Shown piece after piece: positions 24,449 through 35,489 of a DNA stretch of 64,000 bases. The stretch lies in assembly GCA_013265495.1 (NCBI GenBank), contig MU058836.1, positions 62,001-126,000 on the forward strand, read 5' to 3'. The first letter of the stretch is position 1; each line of letters opens with the position of its first letter. Made by a program: the position numbers and the translations under genes. Below the pieces are notes generated by a model. It saw only the letters and a list, made by a program, of their open reading frames with translations. It was not told the DNA's origin and did not search any database. The stretch comes from Vicugna vicugna. Lineage: Eukaryota.

Positions 24449-25762
24449 CTGGAGAGAGAAAGAAGGAAAGAGGACATGGTCTTTATTCAACACAAAGGGG
24501 CAAAGCTGCAGGAACTGCAACTTCTCAGGTTCGGGACGGCAGTAGGAACACAGCCCCTCTGTTCAGACCTTTAGATTATCTTTTGACTTCCCAAAGAATC
24601 AGGGCACGGACTGATATGCCGCTAGCAGCAACCTTAACTGCTTGAAAATTTTTGTTCTCAGTTTGTTTCTTTTGACTTTTGTTAGAAGGAGTCAGTCCCT
24701 AAGTAGCTGACGGGTGTTAACTGCACAGCTCAAGACAAATGTGGGAACCCAGAAAGCCAACGTCAGGCCCTATGCACACAAGGTCCTATTAGCTCAGACC
24801 TTGTCCAAACATCCTGCCTACCTCCTTCGTGACATCGCGGCTTCTCCATGTTCAAACCACCCAGGATCAAGTCAATGCTCGCCATCTGTTTCTTCAAACT
24901 AGGTCTTCTAATTTCATACAGCCTTCTCAGGGCAAAAGGGGGTGGGCCTGCCCGCCCTTGTTAAAAGGAAGGGAATCATTCAACATTTTGTTCTGCATTC
25001 TTCTACCCCAGATAACCCTCTCTAATTCGAGGTTGGCTGGAAATCTGGAAACCCTTATTCTTATCGGGAGAATTTCCATTGCTGAAGGGGAGGGCGCACT
25101 GGGCCACATCCTGTGTTCTGGGAGAGGCTCGAAAGAGTCGACTGCAATGCTTTGGAGTCAAACAAAGTCAGGGACTTTCTCAAGTGGCTTCAAAAAACAA
25201 GCCAGGACAACAAGCTCACTGTAATTTGTCTAGTTCCTTCCTCCTCTCCTTGCGGAAGCCCCGTTGCCCCAGGCACCACAGTGGGCAAATTTTCCATTTG
25301 CAAAGTTCCTCCCCGGGAGGAGCAGAACTCCCTGCCTGGCTCCTGACTTGAAAGTGTTTGGAGCCTCCGGTGATCCAACTAACACTTTATGGACCTGGAT
25401 TCCTCCGTGTCTCCAGAGCACAGCCGCGGGGGCCTGGAAGAGACTTGCTTGTGTTTCGGAATGTGCAGAGGTAGGCTGCACTCGGGGGATTTGTTCATTT
25501 TAGCAAACTTGGCAGAACTTCCCTGCGTGACCTAAATAGAATCTCTTCCTCTACATAAAGCATGCATCAGGGTATTTCCTGATTTATTCATGAAAGGTTT
25601 GCTTTACAAAGGCCTCAGGAACTGTGCAATCTCAAAATACATGATACGTAGAGCTGGATACTAGAGTGGCATTTGCACAAATTGCTGTGATAGATGGGCT
25701 GTGCAGGATGGCAGCCAAGGTGGATTCACTTAAATACTTGCTCTTGGGGGTTGCTCTTTCAG

Positions 25763-25859
25763 AGGAGGAAGTGAGACCCAACCTAGAGATGTTAGCAATA
25801 ACACAGGAAGATGTTCTTCCTCTGCAGCGCGAGGAATTGATCAAGGAATAGAAAGAGAG
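25763..25859 (+). other. Candidate exon (97 nt)
   Basis: Acceptor ttgctctttcag, donor GAG|gtaaga. Confidence 0.3.
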
Positions 25860-27009
25860 GTAAGAAACGGAGGTAGTAGACAAAGAAAATTCATGTACAC
25901 TCAATGAGGATATAGAACCTCTCTCTGCTAATCATTCATTGATTCCTTCATTCGTTCCCAACTAGAGAATCAACCGATCAGCAGCTGATAGGCTGAGTTC
26001 CACTGGTGGGGGGGGGGTCATAGTAACACATATATATATATAGGCTCATAAGGACAATATGATGCAATACTTGAAATCTGATCAGCCTTGGGAATTTGGG
26101 GTTCTTTCGGTACCATGGGAGTTGGTGGGTAATCAATCTCCTACCAAAGGGGGAAAGAGACTGTTTCTCCCCATGGAAGGCACGCATTTTCAGGTGCATC
26201 CACCGTAACACCTCTGACCATGGGTTTATCTAATGCCTGAGTATTTTCATGCTGGGGTATTTTTAACAGTGCAGCAGATGGACCTTGGTTGTTTGCAAAG
26301 TTTTATTTTGGAGCTTGTGAAGAGATTGGGGTTAATGTACAATAAACTGAAAGTGACGTCTGTAAAGACGGCGTGAGCAGAGAGCCAGGATCCATCACCT
26401 GATCACCCCACACACAGACCGCAGCCTCCGCTGGAGAGCTGCAGCTCACATCCCATCAGCGTTACTGCGGGTCGCATCGCCGCTTTGTGGCAAATTTCCA
26501 GGGCTTTTCACACACCGAGCAACTCGTCCAAACTAGGACAAGGAGACATTGTTTTTTACCAACTCTACTTGGGGACCTAGGACTTCGGGGAGAGCTGGAC
26601 CTGGTTCCTTCTCGTCTGGGAATCATGGCCGCTCACGGGCAGGAACCTGATGCCCAGAGCCAAAGTGTCCAGAACGGGGTCTGATGACACAGAGTGTGGC
26701 GAGGGTGGGCTGAGCCTTCCGGGCTGATGCTTCTCTTTAGTGGGTGATGCCTGTTCGTCACCCAGGACTGTCTGATCTTGATGAGAAAGTCAAAAAGGCT
26801 TTCTGGAAAGGATCTTCCAAGAAGGGAAACCAACTGAAGGACAGTATTTGAATGAATTAACCTTTAGTGATTTCCCATGACCCACGGGATCCAGTCCAAA
26901 TCCTTAGAGCCTCTGGCTCCTCCATCATCTGGTCCCTGACTAACCCTAGGTCTTCTCATCGTCCCCTAACAACACGTGTTCCAACCATTCCAAACTGTCC
27001 TTTGTTCCC

Positions 27010-27250
27010 CGATGCTAATGATAACCAGTATTTATCGAGGCCTCTAAAATGCCAGGAACTAGGCTGAGTGCTGGAAATATTTCATCATTGACCCTTCGGA
27101 GCAGTGTCTGAGGCAGACACCACTCTGGTGCCCAGTTTACAGATGAGGGGACAAAAGCGGAGGTTGGAAGACTGGGTCTCAAGCTATCAGAAGGTTGGCA
27201 TTACAAGGCAGTATGGCTCCAAGGCCAGCTTTTAACCATATCACCATCCC
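27010..27250 (-). mobile_element. MIR
   Basis: cagtatttatcgagg...gccaggaactaggctgagtgct...cccagtttacagatgagg. Confidence 0.75.
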
Positions 27251-28417
27251 CTGCCTCCTTTTCTGCCTGAGAAAATACCTCTGGACCCTACGCACATTGC
27301 TTCTCGACATGGGATTGGCCTTTTTCCTTAGTTGCCTGATTTTTAAAACATCTCTTTGTTTATCAAGACCTTCAGATCAAATAGCCCCTTCTATGGACAC
27401 CGTTCTTGGCACCCTAGGAGGAGTTAGTGGCTTTCTCCTTGGAAAGAGAAGCACCCCACCCCTTGTACGAACATACGGCACACACTGTATTGCAACACAG
27501 CGCCCCCCTCCCATGCATTTGTTTTGCACCTGATGTGTGCAGACTCCTGAGACCCCTCTCTTCCAGATGAATCAGAGCTCTAAGAGAGTGAGCCACCAGC
27601 GAGGAGCAGCCAGGAGAATCCAGAGGTGGCCTAGGCTCGCACAGATGAGTGCCCCCAAACACCCTGTGCAGCTTCACCAGCAGCTCTGCAGACAGGTCCA
27701 GACCAGTGCCCGCCTGCCACATTCCTGCCTTTATCATCAGCTGCACTCCTCGGGGACTTCCTTCAACATGTGAGGCAGCGCCTGCCTGTCTGATAACCCG
27801 GCTTCCTTCTGGAAAGGATTTCCTTTGGCCTGGGTGCATACCTGGCCCTGCAAGAGTTAACCACAAGGCAACCCAGAGTAGGCAAACATGAGGTTTCCAT
27901 TAACTGGTGGTATGCGAACAAGTGGCACAAGCCTGGATTATGTGGTAATAAAAACACGCTGTGCCGTGTTTATGTCAGAGGCCTCACTTCTCTCCTTCCC
28001 TGCCCGTCACCCCAGCACAGAGGCCAGGCCCTTGCCACCCGGGTGCTAGGCTGTGGCCAAAGTAGGTATCAGACCTTTCTCCCAACTTGCTTTAATCCAG
28101 CTGGGTATGCTCATCGCATTCCCAAAAGACACAGATGGAAAGAAAGAGGGCCAGAGGAATCCACTCCTTTTCCCAGGTTAAATCCTGAGTGAGCCAGTTG
28201 GGAGACAGAGTTAAAAAAAAAAAAGAGGATGAGACAGGAAAGAGTAAAAAGGTCAGGAGAAAGACCCAGAGGGAGGGAAGCTGGGTGGGTTAATGAGAAA
28301 GAAAGAGACAAGACTCACTTAGGAGGGGACGGAAGGATGGAACGTTGGGGGATTCTGAAACTGTATCGTCTCAAAGGGAAGGAATTCACAGGTATGGAGA
28401 ATTTACTACATGGCAGG

Positions 28418-28872
28418 TCTGAGGGTTAACTTTACGTGTCAAGTGGACTGGGCCACAGAGTACCTAGACATGCAGTCCAACTGTTCTGTATGTGTCTGTG
28501 AGCGTGTTTTGAATGAGATGAACCTCGGGTCAACAGACTGAGTAAAGCAGATGGTCCTCCCTAATGTGGGTGGGCCTCGTCCAATCTACTGAAGACCTGA
28601 ACAGAACAAACATGCTGAGTGAGTGAGATCTCCTCCTGCCTGACTGCGTGAGCCTACCTTTGGACTCAAACTGAAACATCAGTGCTTGCTGAGTCTCAGT
28701 CCCGATGGCTTTCAGACGAGAACTTACACCATTGGCTTTCCTGGGTGTCCAGCTTGTCACCTGCAGATCTTAGGACTTCTCCACCTTCATAATCACATAA
28801 GCAGATGTTTATAGGCTATCTATCCATCCATCCATCCATCTACTGTTTCTCTAGAGAACCCTGACTAATAGT
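28418..28872 (+). mobile_element. ERVL solo LTR, MLT2B-like
   Basis: gtgtcaagtggactgggcca; agactgagtaaagcagat...ccctaatgtgggtgggcctc; ends tctagagaaccctgactaata; 5-bp TSD gcagg at 28413 and 28873. Confidence 0.85.
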
Positions 28873-28915
28873 GCAGGCAATGTGTTGAACTCTTCATATA
28901 TTATTTCACCGAGGC

Positions 28916-29397
28916 TGAGACAGGAGAGAAGGGGACAGGGTGCAATCATTAAAAGAATGACACAGCCGTTGAGGATGGGACATAAACTGGTTAGAACCAA
29001 CTCGGCCCAAGATGGTGGAAGACTGGACTTCCAGTAGACCTTGAGCCTCACTATAGGCTCACTGTAATATATCAACATGCTAAACGTCACACCCATAGGT
29101 GCCATGACAGGTCCCAGGCTGACCATAAAAGGCCAGAAAGTGGGCAGGGGTCCAGTTCCTGGAAATCCTCACCCCTTCCCCAAAACGGTCGGGATAATCC
29201 TCCCCCTTGTTAGCAGATGAAGTTACCCAGCCCATAAGAACTAATCACCCCCACACCTGGCCAGCTCGCTTCTCTTCTGAGACTGCCAGGACTCTGTCTA
29301 TGGAGTGTGGATCTCCCTGAATAAATCTCATTTTGCTCTACTATGGTTCACTCTTGGATTCGTTCCTGAGTGAGAAAGAACCTATTTTCCAGCAAAA
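28916..29397 (+). mobile_element. ERV1 solo LTR, MER41-like (cetartiodactyl type), inserted in a MIR
   Basis: tgagacaggagagaagggg...aaaagaatgacacagcc...ccaagatggtgg; AATAAA near 29320; 4-bp TSD aggc (28912, 29398); removing it restores MIR gaggc|ttaga. Confidence 0.8.
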
Positions 29398-30029
29398 AGG
29401 CTTAGACACTTTCAGTAACTGGTCACACATTTAGTAAGGAGAATACATTTCCCACCAAGGTCTCTCTGTGTATAAATAATCTCATCTCTCCTTTTTTCAG
29501 TTATAGGGTTGCCCAGCCACAGGGAGGTGAGATACCCCTTCCATTTTCAGTAGCAAGTGAGTAGAAGTGACTTGATTATTACCCTTCCTTGGAGACAGAA
29601 GATGTAGCAGATCAACTGCTGGGTCACAGCACCCTGGGAATGTGTCCAAAGCTCTGCCCCAGGACTCAACCCCCTAGGAATATGGTGGCTTTCCAAGCAC
29701 AGGTCACCCTGGGCTTCAGAAACTCTTATTCAAACCATGGTTGTTGACAAAGCACCAACGATATACCAGGTCTTGGAATTTTGTTAATGAAGAAACAGAT
29801 AAATAGAACTGCGCCTTCCTTGTGGAGTCCACAGTGTCCTTGGGGTCCACGAAAGACACAAAAGCAAAGGAATATAAATGCTATGGTGGACGTGCACGAA
29901 GGTCCATAGCAAGAGAGATCCACCTTGATGCTTTGGTGGGAAAGCCAAGCAGACAAGGCAGAGTAAGGAATCCTTGCTTGAAGCCTCAGCAAGAACCAGG
30001 CAGATCTGACTAATGGAAAGTAGTTTGAA

Positions 30030-30202
30030 CAGTGAGGTTCTCCACTCTGGTTGCTCATTAGAGTTGCATGCGGAGATTGAAACCACCCAGAAGCCTGGTG
30101 CTAACTTCCCAAATTTCTGGAGGTATGGTCGGAACCACAGTATTTTTTTTTTTAAAAAAGCTCCCCAGGATTCTAAAATGTTGCCAGTGCTGAGAACCAC
30201 TG
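30030..30202. mobile_element. MER5A-like MITE inside a minus-strand L2 (~29740-30340)
   Basis: aaaagctccccaggattctaa...tgagaaccactg terminus. Confidence 0.75.
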
Positions 30203-31089
30203 GTGTGCTGCCCAGAGTGCACCGGGCTGGAGTGAGAGACGAGGCTGGAGAGTAAGGAAGGACAGAGATGAAAGGCCTTGGATGCCACTTAAGCAGTTCA
30301 AACTCCCCCTGTGGGCGTGCAAGGTTTTTTAAGAGGGAAGCGACCTTACTTATAGGAAATGAGTCAGCATGATGGTGAAGCCTTGGTCCGCTGAGGCTCT
30401 GGGGAAATCCTGGCTTCGTCTTTTCAGAAAGCCTGACCACCTGTGCTTACTAAGACACAATCGATTTAACTCATCCTTTGGTGTGTACGGCCAGGGGTCT
30501 TGTGTCACTCTGGGAAACCAGTTGCCTGGCAGCCAGGAGACTCAGGTCCTGATCCTGCCGCAGGCACTAACTTGTTGAGGGACCTCAGCCAGATCCTCCC
30601 CTCGCTCTGCTCCTCAGCTCCAAACACCCAGGAGATTAAACAAGTCAGTGCTTCTCTGTGAGGCTGGTAGAATCTGATTGCTTTGATTTGGTTTTCACCG
30701 AAATACTACATGCATTTTTACATTTAACCCAGCAATGAAGGAGATAACGTGGTTCCTGTTACTCAATCAGGTCTAGATTAGGAGAGGTTGGGGAAGGGTG
30801 AGCCAGGGAATTTCAATTGGTTAGTGCTTTCTTGTTTCCTCTGGTCTCTAATCAGACATCAGTTGCTTTCCTGCTATATTCAGTCTGTAGGGATATTGCT
30901 TAGATCAAGGTAACTGCCAAATACTCTGCCTCTCCCTCCTCAGAATCTCCGTAAGTCAGTGACCCAACCTAGTCTGCCCAGGTAGAGAAGAATCCAGGAT
31001 GGAGATGCCCTGTCCATCCCTGTGGGCTTTGGGCCAAGAGTAGCACCAGCTTGAGGGCCCTCTCACAAGCCTCCCTTCCTGGGGCATTT

Positions 31090-31740
31090 CCTGCCCCAGT
31101 CCACCCACCCCAAGCCCAGAAGAATCTCCCCAAAGTCGTTATCATGAACCTTTAAGGGTTCCTCGTCGCCACAGACCAAGCCCAAGTTCTCTGACCTGGC
31201 ACTGAAGACTGTTTACAACGCTCCTATCTGATTCCCCAAGCTCTTCTAACAGGTCCCTGCAGTGCCCTGCAGGCCAGGCACGCAGAACGCTTGTTCATTT
31301 CCAAGGATGGCCAATCTCGTCCATGCCCACAGGTCTCAACCCGTAGGGTTCCCTCTGCCTGGAATGCTTGCCCCTCACCTCCGCTCCCTGGGAGACTTTT
31401 ACTCATCATGTGGGCCCAACGCGCAAGTCACCCATTCATTTATTAAGGACCTGACCTGTATGCCCGGGAAAATGCCAGATACTTGAAGGATGAACAAGAC
31501 AGAACGCTTTGGTAGTAACTCTGGTCTTTGCAACCCTCTTCACTTTGCTCCTGACTCTGTCACTTGACGGCGATTACCTATTTGCATTCCTGGATCTCTC
31601 TCTACGTTATGAACTCCTTAAGAGTCAAAACAACTCTTACTCATCTGTTTCCATAGCACTGAGCTCCGAGACGCAGAGCAGGGGCCTTGTGGATATTTGC
31701 TGAACGAACACATCATTGAATGGACGCTTTGATAAATGAA
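31090..31740 (+). mobile_element. L2 3' end fragments
   Basis: gttccctctgcctggaatgctt; tail gatatttgctgaacgaa. Confidence 0.7.
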
Positions 31741-33419
31741 CGTGAGAGAGAGAGAATGTTCCAAGCAGAGTGAGGACTGCTTTGGCTCTTGGGACTGCCA
31801 CAGGTCATTGCAGTGAAGTGACCCCTCACACCCCTTAGTCTGGATTGGAAGAGCTTGGAAGAGACATCTGTGATTGCAGACCCCTTCCAGACGAGACAAA
31901 GGAAAGGCCTGTCTAGATGGCCAAGTGACCAGCAGCTGGCCCTCTGCCTTTCCCACACCAGCTGAACAGGCAGCCCCAACTGGCTGTAACTCTATCATCC
32001 TCGCGCTGTGGGACCCCTGGTGCTGTCAAGCCCCACTCTCCCGAACAGCGTGCAGCCCTGGCACCATCGCCTTGGAATCTGATCACCGGTTTGGTTGCCT
32101 TCTTCCTCTATTTGATATGGCCGGCCAGGAAGACAGTGCTGACGAGGCAGTCTTAAGCCTTGCATTGACAGAAATCAGGTGTCCTCGCTTCATAAAAGAA
32201 ACATTAACCGATCCAAGGGGAGCTGGAAGCAGAAGTGCTGACAAAGATGTAACCCCCAAGGATTCTATGGGGCAAGGAGAAAGCATCGTCCTCTCCTGAT
32301 TTAGAGGCATTCCGGGCTTTGCAGACAAGACAGAGAAGAATGAGAGACACCAGGGAGGAAGGCCACCAGGGAGAAGAATCAGCTGCTCAGCTGAGGGAGC
32401 AAGAGAGAAGGAGGGACAAGGAAGGTCACCGTCCCCTCCTGTCTGTCCCCACGGCACTACCAAGCCCTTCCTGGCTCTCTCCTGGCCCCAAGCCTCCCCA
32501 CTCGTTCTGACTGGCTTTGCTTCTTCAGCCTCAGTCTGTCCCCCGGCCTGGTCCCCACACTGCCATCTGGTCGTCTTTCTAAACTGCCTGACTGTAATTG
32601 AGATGCCCCGGATTAAAAGCCTTCGGGGGCTCGCCGTTAACTCAGATGGCGAGCAAGACCTCCCTGAGCCCCCTCCTGATGCCCGAAGGCAGCCATCCCC
32701 CCCCCCAGAAGAGGGGATTCCAGTTTCACCCACCCTGTGGGGCAGAGAACCCCCGGCGAAGAAAAGATTAAAGAGGGAAAGACGGACGATGGTTTGCTGG
32801 CAGGAGTGAGCACCTCCTTTCTAGAAGAGCCACCTTCCTTCCTATACCTCACACCCCTCCCAACCCTCTCAGGGGAAAGTCAATTCCAGGGAGCACTGGG
32901 CGATGGAGGCACCGGGAGCCTAGAGATGACAGACCGGACACAGTCCTACCCTCAAGGAACTCAGTCTGGTGGAGGAAAAAGCAGCAGAAACAAGTAATTA
33001 TGACAAGGAGGCAAACACTATTCTAGAAGTCTGCTCACAGTCCCGGGGACCAACTGTCCGTGGGGGGACTGAGGAGGAATTGGGGATATCTGGGCTTTGA
33101 GGGTGACTGGGCATTTCCCAGGAACAAGGGAGGAGAGGAGCTGTAAAAGCTTTCCCCGTGTTACAAACCACACTGCGCAAAGACTCCCAGAAGGCAGAGG
33201 TGGAGTGTCTGCAAAGCAAAGTATGATTAAACAGAGAGTTGGGGAAGGGGCAAGGTAAGAGATCTGAGTGGATGTGAGACCTCGCATAGTGTCATCAGAT
33301 CTCTCTCCACCCCACCATGTGCCCCCACCCCCCACTCCCTCTCCTTCTTTACCGCCCACCCTCATCTCTTCTTCTCTGACATTGGTCTCATTTTCTTTTA
33401 CATGGAGGAGCATCTTCCA

Positions 33420-33783
33420 CGTAAAGTGGTGGGGAGGAAGGGGGCATGGAAGGAGGCGGCTTCAGGCTTATATTATCCCAGAGGAAGGGACTCGGAAGGA
33501 AGAGCTTCTTTCTTCTCCCTGCTTCGTTGTATGTTAATCCCCAGGAGGAACTCAGAGTGACGAGTCTGAGTCATGTGGCCACCTCCAGGACTAACTGCCG
33601 GTCCCCACTATGGAGGATATATCTGAGCAAGCCTGAGTAACACAACTACAAGACTCAGGATGGCTAGTCCCTCCAAAATCACACAGAGAGAGAGAAGAGC
33701 CGTCCTCCAAAGGGAGATGGGTTGCTGCAACCAGACGATGGGGAGAGGGTTTTCAACAGATAACGCTACAGATGTCCACGTCC
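33420..33783 (-). mobile_element. MLT1K/L-like LTR fragment
   Basis: gggttgctgcaaccagacgatgggag...acagatgtccac matches the reverse of the MLT1K 5' end. Confidence 0.5.
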
Positions 33784-35067
33784 TTGGTGGGCTCCCCTCC
33801 CTCCAAGGATACAGCGGTGACTCTCTGGGAATGCCAGGTATTTCCTGACCTTCTCTTTATCCCGGAGGACTCATACATAACAGCTCCTCAGTGAATATTT
33901 ATTGCTGGCTATTTTGGCATATCTCAAAAAGAAAAATTAAAAATCAAGACAGAGATGAAAGAAAAAGAGTAAGAACGGGGCAAGCTGGAAATTCAGACAC
34001 TGCGTCAGCTCTGAAACAACTCATTTGGAAGAAATGTCTCGCTGCCCTTGGTGAGTCAGTCAGAAGAAAGAATAAGAAGACACTCAAAGAACGTGTGGAG
34101 TGTGTGCAGCTGCATTTGCACCAGGAAGCAGAGCTCAGCTGAAGAGCTGCAGTCAGCATCCGAGAGAGGAGGAGCCTGTGCTGGCTTTGATGCTGCAGGG
34201 ATAATGGAGCCACAGTGGAAGCACAGGGCCTTTTATTGAGAGGGTAAAAAGAAGCCAGCTGGGGTTTGTCTATAGCTGAGCTTCTGATTCTATCCCATCC
34301 TTGGGAAGAATACCCTCTTTGTTCCTCTGCTGCAGGTGGCACCTGTCATTACAGGACGTGGAAATAGGATAAACAGCCCTGCGCTACTCAAGAGATGCCC
34401 CTTCCTCAAATGAGTCTCAAACAGCTCTCCAAGTCATCGTTCTCGCTCGCTCTCTCCCCCTCTGTCTCTTTCTCTCAATCAGAGAATTCAACCGAACAAG
34501 GAGGGTGGCGATGGCCACAGAAGTCTGCGTTCTAATGAAGTGTCGCTAATTCGGATTACAAGATGATGGTCTCAACTTTGCCACAGCCTCCCCTCCAGTA
34601 AAGGATCCCTAAAAATTACAGAAAAAATAGAGAAGAAAAGCCCGTTCAAAATGAGGCCCGAAATGAAGATGGAAGGCCCTCAGGGGGTCCAGAAGCAATG
34701 AAGAATCCTTTGAAAGCACCAGGTAGGTGGGATTGGTGTCCAAATGGAAACGACAATCCAAACGGCACAGAGCAAGTTCTACTGAAAAATTTCTTTCCCA
34801 GGAGGGATAAACGGAGAGGAGAGAAGACCTGGGCTGACTGATCTAGTGTGTCCGGTGTGTCAGTCTGACTCCCATTCTCTCCCCCCAGGGCAGCTGGCCA
34901 CTGCAGGGGTGTCTGCCTCCAGGCAGAAGCGATGTTGCGGGATTTCAGATTGGAAAATTAGGCAGGATCAGAGGCGGCTGACAGCACTCAAGAGGAAGGA
35001 GAGCACCCACACCTAGAAGACAGTACCACACAAAGCCACCCAGAGACAGGTCCCACCACTCCCCAGA

Positions 35068-35485
35068 GTGAAATAAATCAGACCGAGAAAGACAAATACT
35101 GTATGATCTGACATGTGGAATATTAAAAAACTGAACTCACAAACAGATCAGATTAGTGATGGCCAGAGCCAAGGCTCAAAGGTGGGAGAGATGGGCAAAG
35201 GTGGTCAAAACTTACTTCCGGTTATAAGTTCTGGGGATGAAAATATACAGCATGGTGACTGTCATTAACAATAGGGGACTGTATTTTTGAAAGCTGCCAA
35301 GAATAGATCTTAAAAGTTTTCATCACAAGAAAAAAAAATGTTGTAACTGTGTGAGGTGATGGATGTTTACAAAACTTACTGTGGTGATCATTTTGCAATA
35401 TATACATATATCAAATCATTAATTTGTATGCCTTAAACTAACAGGCTCTTATTTGTCAATTATATCTTAATAAAATTGGAAAATG
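35068..35485 (+). mobile_element. L1MA-type 3'UTR
   Basis: gtgaaataaatcagaccgagaaagacaaatactgtatgat...gtggtgatcattttgcaatatataca...tcaattatatcttaataaa. Confidence 0.85.
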
Positions 35486-35489
35486 CAGG

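Noticed and set aside
29784..30440. 218-aa minus-strand ORF
   Set aside because: Runs through L2 and MER5A relics; no recognisable domain
32083..32733. 216-aa ORF and neighbouring ORFs
   Set aside because: GC-richer, partly L2-derived sequence with ORFs in several frames on both strands; no recognisable protein
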